Source: a virus
Virus record (IMG/VR): IMGVR_UViG_3300036820_000012
Span: 16,724-80,723 of that record
Length of the DNA stretch: 64,000 bases
Direction: 5' to 3' (one strand)
Each line of letters begins with the position of its first letter. Position 1 is the first letter of the stretch. Positions 46,061 to 54,717 of this stretch are shown one piece after another. The position numbers were made by a program, and so were the translations under genes. The notes beneath the pieces were generated by a model. The model worked only from the letters and a program-made list of their open reading frames with translations, was not told the DNA's origin and made no database searches.

Positions 46061-47437
46061 TTACACGCTGACGGAGACGCGGTACAGGCGCCCGAGGAAC
46101 TTCAGCGCGCGGACCGCGAAGGTCGTGTCACCGATCAGGGCGTACGGCAGCGTGTCCGGCGAACTGGTCGTCGGGTACACGTCCAGGGGAACGGCCTCGC
46201 GGACGTACGGGCGCACGACGTTGCCCGGGTCGCGGCTGATCAGGTAGAGGTTCTCCTGGCCGACCGAGGGCGGCAGCATGGCCGCGACCGTCCCGATGTA
46301 GGCCGTGGGCAGGATCGACGGCACAACCGACCCGCTGGACTGCTGCGGGATGAGCGCCGCGCCAGTGTCCACGATCTGGTTGGTGAGGATCTGCGTCACG
46401 CCATCGGACTGCAGGCCCACCGTGGCGTCCACGTAGCCGAGGAACGTCTCGCTGCCCGACGCGCCAGCGGCTGCGGTGCGCCACACCTTGTACAACTGAG
46501 GCGCCAGGCCATCGAGGCCGGTCGGCGGGGTGAACGACAGCACCGCGGCGTTGCCGGTCGTGACCGCCTGCGACACCTCGACCGAGGGCGCGATCTCGCC
46601 CTGGCGGGCGATGATGGCGCTGACCTGGTACTTATACGTGGCGTTCAGCGTCGCCCCGGAGTACGTCGCGGTGGACGGGGTGACCGTGCCGACCGAGTAG
46701 CCGCGCATCGCCTGGAACGACGACTTGACGATCGGGACGTTGCGGTAGGACGGGACGATCAGGCCCGCCTCGACTTCCACCTGGTCCACGAACCGCTGCT
46801 GGTTGGTGAGCAGCTGCGAGATCTTGGACTGGCCGGTGGACGAGGTGACGAACATCCACGAGTCGTCCTGGATGGGCATGGCGGCATTGGACTCCACCAT
46901 GTCGATGAGCTCATCGAGGAACGCCAGGGTCAGCGTGTTGCCGGCCTTGTCGATGACGTTCTGGGTGCCGCCGCTGAAGGTGTTGATGAGCGTGTCGAGA
47001 CCGTCGAACTGCGGCTGCGCCTGGTTGAGCGTCGCCGCTGCGTTGCCCCAGCCGATGAACGTCTCCAGGTCCCAGTAGTACCCCTTGATGGCGCCCTCGA
47101 TTTCAGTCGCCCTCAGGTCCTGGATGATCGCCTTGGTCACGGCTTCCGCGTAGCCCGTGACGGCGCCGACCGACTCGATGTGCTTCATGTAGTAGTTGAG
47201 CTGGGCGTACACCGAGCTCGTAACCGGCCGAGCGCCGCCATCCGGCACCGCGCCACCGGACGGGACCGACGTCCTCTGGTTGAAGAAGTACTGGTCCGCG
47301 TCCCACTGCTGCGTCGGGATCGACCGGCACAGCGGGGCGTACCGGCGCTGATACTCGACCAGCACCGGGGAGATGATCTTCGGGATGAATGGCTGTGCGC
47401 CTACGGCGTTCAGCGCTTCCCGCAGTTCGCTGGGCAT
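46061..47437 (-). CDS. Major capsid protein with inserted FN3/Ig-like domain
   Basis: WGNA...QFDGLDTLI...TLAFLDELID...YRNVPIVKS; position after protease/scaffold. Confidence 0.85.
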   Translation of the reverse strand: MPSELREALNAVGAQPFIPKIISPVLVEYQRRYAPLCRSIPTQQWDADQYFFNQRTSVPSGGAVPDGGARPVTSSVYAQLNYYMKHIESVGAVTGYAEAVTKAIIQDLRATEIEGAIKGYYWDLETFIGWGNAAATLNQAQPQFDGLDTLINTFSGGTQNVIDKAGNTLTLAFLDELIDMVESNAAMPIQDDSWMFVTSSTGQSKISQLLTNQQRFVDQVEVEAGLIVPSYRNVPIVKSSFQAMRGYSVGTVTPSTATYSGATLNATYKYQVSAIIARQGEIAPSVEVSQAVTTGNAAVLSFTPPTGLDGLAPQLYKVWRTAAAGASGSETFLGYVDATVGLQSDGVTQILTNQIVDTGAALIPQQSSGSVVPSILPTAYIGTVAAMLPPSVGQENLYLISRDPGNVVRPYVREAVPLDVYPTTSSPDTLPYALIGDTTFAVRALKFLGRLYRVSVSV

Positions 47438-47545
47438 GCTGAAGTCCTTCCGGTTGAGATCTGGATCGGTGCGACCGTCTCCGCCGGAAGGCACCACGGC
47501 ATGAGCGCGTGGCGGTCAGGTGAAACTCAGGGATGAAGCCCGGGT

Positions 47546-49429
47546 CTAGCCGAACTTCTGGGCGCGGTCGCCGAAGACGTAGGCGGCCAGGTACGGCGCC
47601 GAGTGCCGGCGCAGTTCGGTCGCCGACAGGTCCTTCGCGTCCTTGTCCGGGAACGTGCCGGGCATGCCGTGGGCGTTCAGTTCCGGCTGCCCGCCGTCCG
47701 CCCTGGGCGCACGGTGCTCGTCTACCGAGCCCGTGGTCAGGCCCTTGCGGTCGGTGCCGACACCGCCCTCGGCGAGCTTCTGGCGCTCGGTGACGAGGGC
47801 TTCGGCGACCAGGCGGCTGACCTTCTGGTCCTCGGTCTCGGTCGCGCCGTCGATCTCGGCCGGGTGCTGCTCGCTGGCGAGCGCAGCCTTCACGCCCTCG
47901 GCGACCAGGCGGGCGATCCGTGCGTCGTCGGCCTCGGTGGCGGCAGCCGTGGCGGCAGCCTCTTCCGCAGCGGCGCGCTCAGCCGCAGCGCGGTCCTCGT
48001 CGCGCTTGGCCAGCGCGGTGGCGATGGCCTCGGCGAGGGTGTTCGGGTCGAGCGCCGGCGCAGCCTGCTCCGCCGGGGTGGTGGCGTCCGTCATCTCGGA
48101 CTCCTCCTTTGTGTTGATGGCGGCAGCCGGGCTGGCGGCCGGGTCGGTTTCGGTCTCGGGCTCGTCGTCCGGAGCGGACTCGCCGCCGTCGTGGTCGGTG
48201 TCGGAAGCGGTCGCGCCAGGGACGTCGATGTCGCCGTCCATGTCCGGGTCCAGCGCTGCGAGTGCCTTGCACGCGGCATCCGCGGCGGCCTTGAGGACCG
48301 GGTCCAGGTCGGAGGGGTCCATGGAGTAGCTGGACAGGCTCAGGCTCACCGGGCCGTTCGATGCACTGATGCACCACGAGCCGGCGCAGGACGGGTCACC
48401 GAAGTACTCCGCGACCGCCTCGGTCACCTGCACGGCCGGGTCGAACGTCCAGCCTGCGGACTCGCTGTTGACGGTTACGCCGAAGCGCTTGAGCGCGGAC
48501 ATGATCCGGCCCTTGATGCGCTTGAGCTGGGCCGAGGAGTACTTGGACGCGTTCGACTTCTGGTTGATGTACGCCCACGCGGCCTTTGCGTTGGCCTTGC
48601 TCGAAAGGTCGTACCGGGACTTCTTGTCCGACTGATAGCCCGGGTCCGCGTACGTCTTGCCGCTCCCGGACAGTCCGCTGCCGCGCTTGGACATCGCCAG
48701 CGCCGACTCAGTAAGCCCCGCACAGGTCACACAGTCGCCGTCCTCGAGCACGTGGCCTGGCTGAGGCACGAACGCCAGCGTCTCGGCCGGTGCCGCCTGC
48801 TTGCAGCACGTGTGGCCCATCTCGTCGCATGACTGCTCAGGCTTGGCGGGCGCCGTTTTCTCGGTGAAGGTCACGAGTGCCTCCTCGGCGCTCTCAAAGA
48901 TGGGGACGCGCTCGGTGGTCTCCGACGCACCGCTGCGGTCCGCCCACGCGAAGGTGTCGTTCTCGGCGCCGTCAACGCCCGGGTCCTTCGTCCAGTCCAG
49001 GCCGGCCAGTTCCAGGCCGTCGCCGGACTCCGCGGGCTCGCCATCCGGGCCCCTGACCTTGCGGACAGTGCCGGTCCAGAAGCCGCGGATCGACACGCCC
49101 TTCAGGTGCGGATCATCGCCGTCGCTGGTGTCGATCAGCGACGCTATGTCCCGGCCGGCCGTCGTGTCAGCGACTGCGGCGGTATAGCGGGCGTTGCCGT
49201 CCTCGTCCAGGCTGACGCCGGTCAGGTGAGCGACGATCTGGCGGCTGTCATCCCCGGCGCCGTGGTGCGACAGCATGACCAGCGGCTTGCTGCCGTCGCG
49301 GATCCGCTCCTGCGCCGAGGCAACCGCCCTGGCGATCATGGGCCGTGTGTAGAGACGGCGGTTACGGCTGACGCCGGGGCGCAGGGCTACGCCGCCGATG
49401 GTCGCGATGACCTTAGCCACGGCTGCCAC
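47546..49429 (-). CDS. Prohead protease/scaffold fusion with DUF6582-like domain
   Basis: GVSRNRRLY...H...GVSIRG...LDWTKDPG protease; YADPGYQ.DKK.RY..; acidic scaffold C-terminus. Confidence 0.8.
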   Translation of the reverse strand: MAAVAKVIATIGGVALRPGVSRNRRLYTRPMIARAVASAQERIRDGSKPLVMLSHHGAGDDSRQIVAHLTGVSLDEDGNARYTAAVADTTAGRDIASLIDTSDGDDPHLKGVSIRGFWTGTVRKVRGPDGEPAESGDGLELAGLDWTKDPGVDGAENDTFAWADRSGASETTERVPIFESAEEALVTFTEKTAPAKPEQSCDEMGHTCCKQAAPAETLAFVPQPGHVLEDGDCVTCAGLTESALAMSKRGSGLSGSGKTYADPGYQSDKKSRYDLSSKANAKAAWAYINQKSNASKYSSAQLKRIKGRIMSALKRFGVTVNSESAGWTFDPAVQVTEAVAEYFGDPSCAGSWCISASNGPVSLSLSSYSMDPSDLDPVLKAAADAACKALAALDPDMDGDIDVPGATASDTDHDGGESAPDDEPETETDPAASPAAAINTKEESEMTDATTPAEQAAPALDPNTLAEAIATALAKRDEDRAAAERAAAEEAAATAAATEADDARIARLVAEGVKAALASEQHPAEIDGATETEDQKVSRLVAEALVTERQKLAEGGVGTDRKGLTTGSVDEHRAPRADGGQPELNAHGMPGTFPDKDAKDLSATELRRHSAPYLAAYVFGDRAQKFG

Positions 49430-49447
49430 CGTTCACCGCGAAGCGGA

Positions 49448-49807
49448 TCAGCTGTAGCCGATCGTGACCTGGCCTGCGGTGATGGTCCCCGAGGCGTTGG
49501 TCAGGTAGATCCCGTTCACTGCCGGCAGGTCAACGGTGACGATCGCGCCGATGACGTTGTTGGCGGTGCTGGCGACGGGGAGGATGAACAGCGGCGTGCC
49601 GGACCCGGCGCTGGCGTTGTCCCAGAACTCAAGGACGCCACTGGAACCCACGAGTGCCACGACGACCATGATCTTGAGCAGCCGGCCGGCGCTGCCCTTG
49701 ATGACCTGGCCGGTGAGGCTGGTGGTCAGGGTCACAGACGTGGTGAACGCGGACGAGGACGGGAAGCCAGCGTCGTCGTAGGTGGTGAAGATGCCGTTCT
49801 TGGCCAT
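49448..49807 (-). CDS. Small beta-rich virion protein
   Basis: GQVIKGSAGRL...WDNASAGSGT...NGIY; head module position. Confidence 0.6.
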   Translation of the reverse strand: MAKNGIFTTYDDAGFPSSSAFTTSVTLTTSLTGQVIKGSAGRLLKIMVVVALVGSSGVLEFWDNASAGSGTPLFILPVASTANNVIGAIVTVDLPAVNGIYLTNASGTITAGQVTIGYS

Positions 49808-49854
49808 TGCCGGAACGCCCCTCTCAAGGGTCGTGGTTACTGGTGAAGGGCGGC

Positions 49855-50271
49855 CTAGCGGCCGATGAGCTCTATCGAGGTGCCGGTGACGGTGCCGCCG
49901 GAACAGGTCCAGGCGACCTGCCCCCAGCTGCCCAAGACGACGCCAGGCGATCCGTGCAGGCCCGCGGTGACGGTCGTGGCCCCGGCGGCGTCCAGGGTTG
50001 TGGACGCGACCGGGTACGGGTTGCCGGAAACGAACACGTTCAGGACCACGGCGAACGCAGGCGTCCCGGTCACGGCGCCGACGGTGACGTACAGGGTCAC
50101 GTCGGTGACGTCGCGCAGGTCGACCGGGGTCTCGGCGTTGGCCGCCTGCTCGCCTGATCCTGCGGCGATCGTGCCGTACGCGCCCGAATTCCCGGCCGCA
50201 CTGATCGTCGTGCCGGTTCCGGAGCGCGCGAGCGACCAGAGGCCCTTTGAGCGGTGGTCGATGTTGCCCAC
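49855..50271 (-). CDS. Small beta-rich virion protein
   Basis: GGAGG RBS; head module position. Confidence 0.6.
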   Translation of the reverse strand: MGNIDHRSKGLWSLARSGTGTTISAAGNSGAYGTIAAGSGEQAANAETPVDLRDVTDVTLYVTVGAVTGTPAFAVVLNVFVSGNPYPVASTTLDAAGATTVTAGLHGSPGVVLGSWGQVAWTCSGGTVTGTSIELIGR

Positions 50272-50280
50272 GTCCGCCTC

Positions 50281-52368
50281 CTAGGCTGCGAGATAGGCGG
50301 AATAGGCGTCAGCGGGAAGCGGTGAGCGGCCATCCGGGACGATCACGCAGCGGCAGCCGAAGTGATCGGGGCAGGCAGGCATCTCGTCAAGCGGGTACGG
50401 GCCATGAGCCTCGTATCCGTCACAGACGCTGCAGTTATGGACACGAATTCCAGCGGCGTAGAATTCGTGCGCTTGTTCGACTTCGATGTCGTAAACTGGG
50501 ATTGAGCCAATCCCAACGACGCAAAGACTGGTGACCGACCCGTCATGGCAATCCGCTATGAATGCGCTCAGTGCGGCAAGGAATTCACCAGGCATTCCCG
50601 CATCATTGGCAAGCGCGCGTTCTGTGGCCGGGAGTGCTACCAGCGAGCGTCCATCAAGCACCCCGACCGGGAGTGCCCCCAGTGCGGGCGCACCTTCAGT
50701 CCCAGGAAGGGATCGCGATCCGGCCCTCGTACCGGCAACCCGAACCGGGCCTACTGCACTCGCGAATGCTACGAAGCCAGCCGTGTCAACTCGGTCACCA
50801 AGACGTGTCCCGTCTGCGGCAAGGACTTCACTATCACGAAGGGTGCCATCGCTGACCGGTACAGGAGATGCTCGGCCGCTTGCAGGGACATTGATGCGAT
50901 CTACGTTGACTGCGAGCGGTGCGGCAAGCGGTTCCGGGCCGAGAAGCATCTCAACCGCCGCCACTGCTCCGAGGAATGCCGGCGACCGCCTGTCTACGTG
51001 ACCTGCATGACGTGCGGCGAAGAATTCCGCCCAACCCCCAGCGAGGCTGCCGGGCGCCGGTTCTGCTCCGTGGCGTGCTATCGGCGGTTCCGGGGCGAGA
51101 CGACCCTCGAAGCCAAGATCCGCGTCTGCCTTGAGGGACTCGGCATCGACTTCGAGCAGGAGATCCCGGTCGGCCGATGGGCAGTCGACTTCGCGCTGCG
51201 GTCGCACATGATCGCCATTGAGGCTGACGGCGACTACTGGCATGAAATCAGCGCCGCGCGGGACCGCAAACGCGATGCGGCTCTGACCCGGCTTGGTTGG
51301 CAGGTCGTGCGCTTCGGTGAAAGCGAGGTGAACGACGCGGCTGACCTTGGCAAGCTCGTTCTCGAGCGTCTGCACGACGTCACCGGGCTGCATCTGGCCG
51401 ATCTCGCGCCAGCCGTCCCGCGTCCAGACGGGGTGATCATCGGTCGCGAGCACCGACCGGCCTTCCGCGTGAATCGCGGTCAGCCCTCCGCCGTACTGGC
51501 GGCAGGTGGCAGCGGCTATACGGTGCTCACCTTGTGGAGTGAGGATGAACTCGCCGCACTGAAGTGACTCGATCGGCCGGTCACCATCGGGCGTCGCCAC
51601 CTTCGTTCCCGCTGGGAAACAAACGCGGTTGTCGCCGGCCGTGACCCAGTTAGCGCGCTCCACGCCGTACTGGGACATCACACTCAGCGCTGACGCCGAG
51701 ATGGACGACGCCATTGAGTGCGTGAGCACTACGCCGAGCGGCTGCGCGGTCCTCAGTGCCGCAGTGATTGCCTTCGCCATCGCGGCAGCCGTGGCACCTG
51801 CGGCGGCCAGGTTCACCAGGACGCCAGCCAGCGCATAGGCGATGCCTGCGGTGATGGCCGTCGCTACCTCGGCGGGTACTGCCTGCCCGGGATTCCGCTG
51901 GCCATCCGCAACGGCAGCGTTCCAGTCGAACGATCCGTCAGCACCTGCCGCAGACGCGGCCACGGCCAGCGTGGAAGCGAATCCCTCGCCAGCGGATGCC
52001 GTGAGGGCCGTCGTGATGGCAGCGAGGAAGTCAGCGAGGTGCGGTGAGTCCGCCGTGCCGGCGAGCATCCCGGACGCCACAGCAGCAGCCAGGGCGCGGA
52101 GTTCCTTCTTGCGCTGCACCGCCGTGTCGCCGTCAGTTGCCGGGGCGGGGCTGCCATCGGAGGTCATGTACGCCTCGCGGCGGAACAGCGCGACCATCGC
52201 AGCCACGTCGAGATCCGCAACCAGCTCAAGCCACGCCTTCGTGACCGCGGCTACCTGTGTGGCGTAGAGCGCGTCCTGGCGGTCGTAGACGTCTTTCCAG
52301 GTTCCGGTGAGCTGCCCCAGGATCAGGGTCGTCTCATCGGTGCTCATGCAGGCAGCAGTCCCGTCCAT
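50281..52368 (-). CDS. Mu gpF/SPP1 gp7-like minor head protein, intein-containing precursor
   Basis: Spliced sequence WVTAGDNRV|CSVC...Y......P.CP.HFGCRC...P restores the family motif. Confidence 0.9.
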   Translation of the reverse strand: MDGTAACMSTDETTLILGQLTGTWKDVYDRQDALYATQVAAVTKAWLELVADLDVAAMVALFRREAYMTSDGSPAPATDGDTAVQRKKELRALAAAVASGMLAGTADSPHLADFLAAITTALTASAGEGFASTLAVAASAAGADGSFDWNAAVADGQRNPGQAVPAEVATAITAGIAYALAGVLVNLAAAGATAAAMAKAITAALRTAQPLGVVLTHSMASSISASALSVMSQYGVERANWVTAGDNRVCFPAGTKVATPDGDRPIESLQCGEFILTPQGEHRIAAATCRQYGGGLTAIHAEGRSVLATDDHPVWTRDGWREIGQMQPGDVVQTLENELAKVSRVVHLAFTEAHDLPTKPGQSRIAFAVPRGADFMPVVAVSLNGDHVRPQREVDCPSADRDLLLEVDAESLKADADLGFEGRLAPEPPIARHGAEPAPGSLAGGWAEFFAARHAGHVDRRSPAFLGAVAAVEMLLGPEPLAAPLAVNVDRINVPASGRASPVPVSDGTLRDSEVLAADGTRLGDRVDTAGFVAFASAVGPVRVAGTRAGSRSLPGTEGAPALGALPVGVLDGRSLVALPATERALANDAGMPGEFLAALSAFIADCHDGSVTSLCVVGIGSIPVYDIEVEQAHEFYAAGIRVHNCSVCDGYEAHGPYPLDEMPACPDHFGCRCVIVPDGRSPLPADAYSAYLAA
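50434..51621 (-). mobile_element. Intein (396 aa, Cys1 ... His-Asn, Cys+1)
   Basis: Block A CFPAGTKV, block B ATDDHPVWT, block F VYDIEV, block G FYAAGIRVHN/C. Confidence 0.93.
50545..51567 (+). CDS. Zinc-finger-repeat DUF559/Vsr-like endonuclease, antisense inside the intein
   Basis: Five CxxCGxxF...C(S/T/G)xxC repeats then E...FEQE......VDF.....IAIEADGDYWH...RD.KRD..L...GW.VVRF.E. Confidence 0.88.
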   Translation: MAIRYECAQCGKEFTRHSRIIGKRAFCGRECYQRASIKHPDRECPQCGRTFSPRKGSRSGPRTGNPNRAYCTRECYEASRVNSVTKTCPVCGKDFTITKGAIADRYRRCSAACRDIDAIYVDCERCGKRFRAEKHLNRRHCSEECRRPPVYVTCMTCGEEFRPTPSEAAGRRFCSVACYRRFRGETTLEAKIRVCLEGLGIDFEQEIPVGRWAVDFALRSHMIAIEADGDYWHEISAARDRKRDAALTRLGWQVVRFGESEVNDAADLGKLVLERLHDVTGLHLADLAPAVPRPDGVIIGREHRPAFRVNRGQPSAVLAAGGSGYTVLTLWSEDELAALK

Positions 52369-52447
52369 GCGCCCTCTGCTTCCGGCGCTGCGTCACCGCA
52401 GCCGGTGAAACGGAGTGATGACTGCCCTTGCCGGCGCATCGGCCTGC

Positions 52448-52753
52448 TCAGAGCGTCGTGCCGCCTCGGAGCGCCCACCCGGAGGCGTGCGGCGCGATGT
52501 CCTCGCCAGCGATGTGCTCAGCGACAGGGCGAGACGGCCCCAGCGTCCGCAGCATCGTCCAGGCGCATGCCCGGACTGCCTCAAGGTCACGGACGGCCAG
52601 GACGGGGAAACCGCGGACGGTCTCGCCTTCAACCGTTGCGTCCGCGTCCCAGAGGTCGCCGTCGTGGCGGGTGTAGGTGACCATGGCGGGAGGCAGGTGG
52701 GTGGTTTCGAGGACCGGCTCGGGTGTGCCGATGCGGTGCCGCTCGGCGCTCAA
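52448..52753 (-). CDS. Hypothetical protein
   Basis: ORF between portal and minor head genes. Confidence 0.5.
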   Translation of the reverse strand: MSAERHRIGTPEPVLETTHLPPAMVTYTRHDGDLWDADATVEGETVRGFPVLAVRDLEAVRACAWTMLRTLGPSRPVAEHIAGEDIAPHASGWALRGGTTL

Positions 52754-52888
52754 GCGATGACCTTTGACAGGAACGGTGCTGCGGCGGCAGCGGTGAGCGG
52801 CCAGTTAGGCAGGTTCGACGGTTCCCATGCTGGCTGCGTGCCCGGAATGGAATACGGCTGCTCGGGTGGTGGCTGCTGGCTCACGAGC

Positions 52889-53083
52889 TCACCCCGCCTC
52901 GTGGATCTCCGTCCAGCCGGCCGGGTACTGGTGGCCGCCTGCCGGGTGGGACGTGACCGCGAACATCAGCGATGTCCCGCGCTCAGCCAGTCGCGTGTTC
53001 ACCTTGTCGACCAGGCGGCGTGCCTGCTCAATGTCGGCGTAGTCCTCGGCGGTGGGGCTGGAGTCAGGTGGCGGCTGGCTCAT
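52889..53083 (-). CDS. Hypothetical protein
   Basis: ATGA overlap with portal. Confidence 0.55.
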   Translation of the reverse strand: MSQPPPDSSPTAEDYADIEQARRLVDKVNTRLAERGTSLMFAVTSHPAGGHQYPAGWTEIHEAG

Positions 53084-54645
53084 CGGCGCTCCGTGAACGC
53101 GCGCCGGAATGACTCAGCGAGGCGGTCCCGGTAGATGCCCTCGGCGCTGCTCACCTGCTTGCCCTTGGCGCCGGGCTTCTTGCCGGTGGCGCCAGGCTTG
53201 GCGTCGTCGTCATCGGGCTTGTCCTGGTCGTCGTCCTGGTCTGCGTCGTCCTTGGCGTCATCGTCCTGGCCTGGCGGTGGCGGGACGGGCAGCAGGCCGC
53301 TTCCGCCCCCGGCCGCAGCCTGGACCAGCGCGGCGGACAGTGCCTTCAGGTCGGACGTCAGGACCATGTTCTGGCGGTTGACGATGAACGCATCGTCGCC
53401 GCCGTCAACGGCAGGCTCGCCGATCTCGGTGCGGTACTTATTCAGGGTGTATGCGCCATCGCGCAGCCGTATGTCACGGATCTGCTCGACGACCATCGAG
53501 TCCCGGTAGTCCACGTCGCCGAACTTGGAATGCCAGTCCTCAACGCCGAAGCCGTTCTTCGCGATGCAGAAGTTCAGCTTCTCCAGGACCAGCTCAGCGA
53601 TTGGCTGGCAGGTGTTGAGCTCAAGCGTTCGGTGCTGCGAATCGCCAGTGCCGCCGCCGAGGTTGCCCGACTCGATGACCATCGCCTCAGCCGGCGGGAC
53701 GCCGTACTGGGCCAGGATCTCGTCGCGCGCCGATTCCTTCGCCGACAGGACATCGGTTAGCTTGCCGGTCTGCAGTTCCTGGAGCGTCGCCCCGCCGCGG
53801 GTCATCCACGGGACGCCGATGTTGCGCGACCCGAGGTTCTGCGCGGCGGCCTGGTTGCGCCACTTCTCGAGCTCGGTCTCGCTCCTGGTGGCGGGGAAGT
53901 CGGCGTGCAGCGCCGGCGGCAGGCCTTTCCTCAACATCTCTTTTTCCGTGGCCGCAGCGAACAGCCAGATCGTGATCGGTGTCATCGCGGCGTGCGTCGG
54001 GCCGATGCCGAACACGCCCGGCCGGGCCGAGTCCAGCGAGATGTGGATGACCTCGCGCTCCTCGAAGACCGCCCGCTGGCCGTAGTCGGTGACCTGCACG
54101 TAGCGCAGCACCTTGCCGTGCTCGTCGGCGACGGGGGTAGTGGTCGGGCAGTCGAGGTTGTACAGCGCGATCGGCTGGCTGCCAGACCAGACGACCTCGA
54201 GGTATGCGTCGCCGAACACGAGCAGGTCAGCGATCAGGTTCCGCAGCAGCTGGCGGATGTCCTGCGTCGGGTTGCAGAACGAGTAGAACCGCTCCAGGGC
54301 GACGACGGCCGGGGGCTTGTCCGGCATCTTCTGGTCGCCTTCGCCCTCGTCAGCGTCCCAGTCGCTGACAAGACCGCCGGCCGTAATCGTTCGGGCGATG
54401 ACCTGCACGCACGTCCACGACCACGGGCAGGTCAAATACGCCTGCCACAGTTCCTGCAGGGTGGAGCGCCGGTCGGTGCCGGTCGCCTCGCCCATCGTGG
54501 CTGACTGCTCGTTTATCCCGCCCTGCGGGATGCCCGGGATGAACCCGGACCGCTCTGGGAGGGTGGTCCGCTGAGCCGGGGCGCGCGACTTCGCTACCTC
54601 GGTGACGCCTTCGCGTTCACGGCGCAGCGAGGGAAGGAAGCGCAC
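53080..54645 (-). CDS. Portal protein (HK97-like)
   Basis: DLLVFGDAY...EVIH....FGIGP...ILAQYGVPP...TLNKYR..IG. Confidence 0.92.
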   Translation of the reverse strand: MRFLPSLRREREGVTEVAKSRAPAQRTTLPERSGFIPGIPQGGINEQSATMGEATGTDRRSTLQELWQAYLTCPWSWTCVQVIARTITAGGLVSDWDADEGEGDQKMPDKPPAVVALERFYSFCNPTQDIRQLLRNLIADLLVFGDAYLEVVWSGSQPIALYNLDCPTTTPVADEHGKVLRYVQVTDYGQRAVFEEREVIHISLDSARPGVFGIGPTHAAMTPITIWLFAAATEKEMLRKGLPPALHADFPATRSETELEKWRNQAAAQNLGSRNIGVPWMTRGGATLQELQTGKLTDVLSAKESARDEILAQYGVPPAEAMVIESGNLGGGTGDSQHRTLELNTCQPIAELVLEKLNFCIAKNGFGVEDWHSKFGDVDYRDSMVVEQIRDIRLRDGAYTLNKYRTEIGEPAVDGGDDAFIVNRQNMVLTSDLKALSAALVQAAAGGGSGLLPVPPPPGQDDDAKDDADQDDDQDKPDDDDAKPGATGKKPGAKGKQVSSAEGIYRDRLAESFRRAFTERR

Positions 54646-54717
54646 TCGTCCTCCCGGGAGCTACCGGCCAGTACGGGTGCCGACCTGCATCGACCCGGGA
54701 AGATGTCGGGATATGGG

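Noticed and set aside
50434-51621. Split intein or group I intron interpretation
   Set aside because: The - strand frame is continuous from Cys1 to His-Asn with no stop, and protein-level excision restores the host motif exactly
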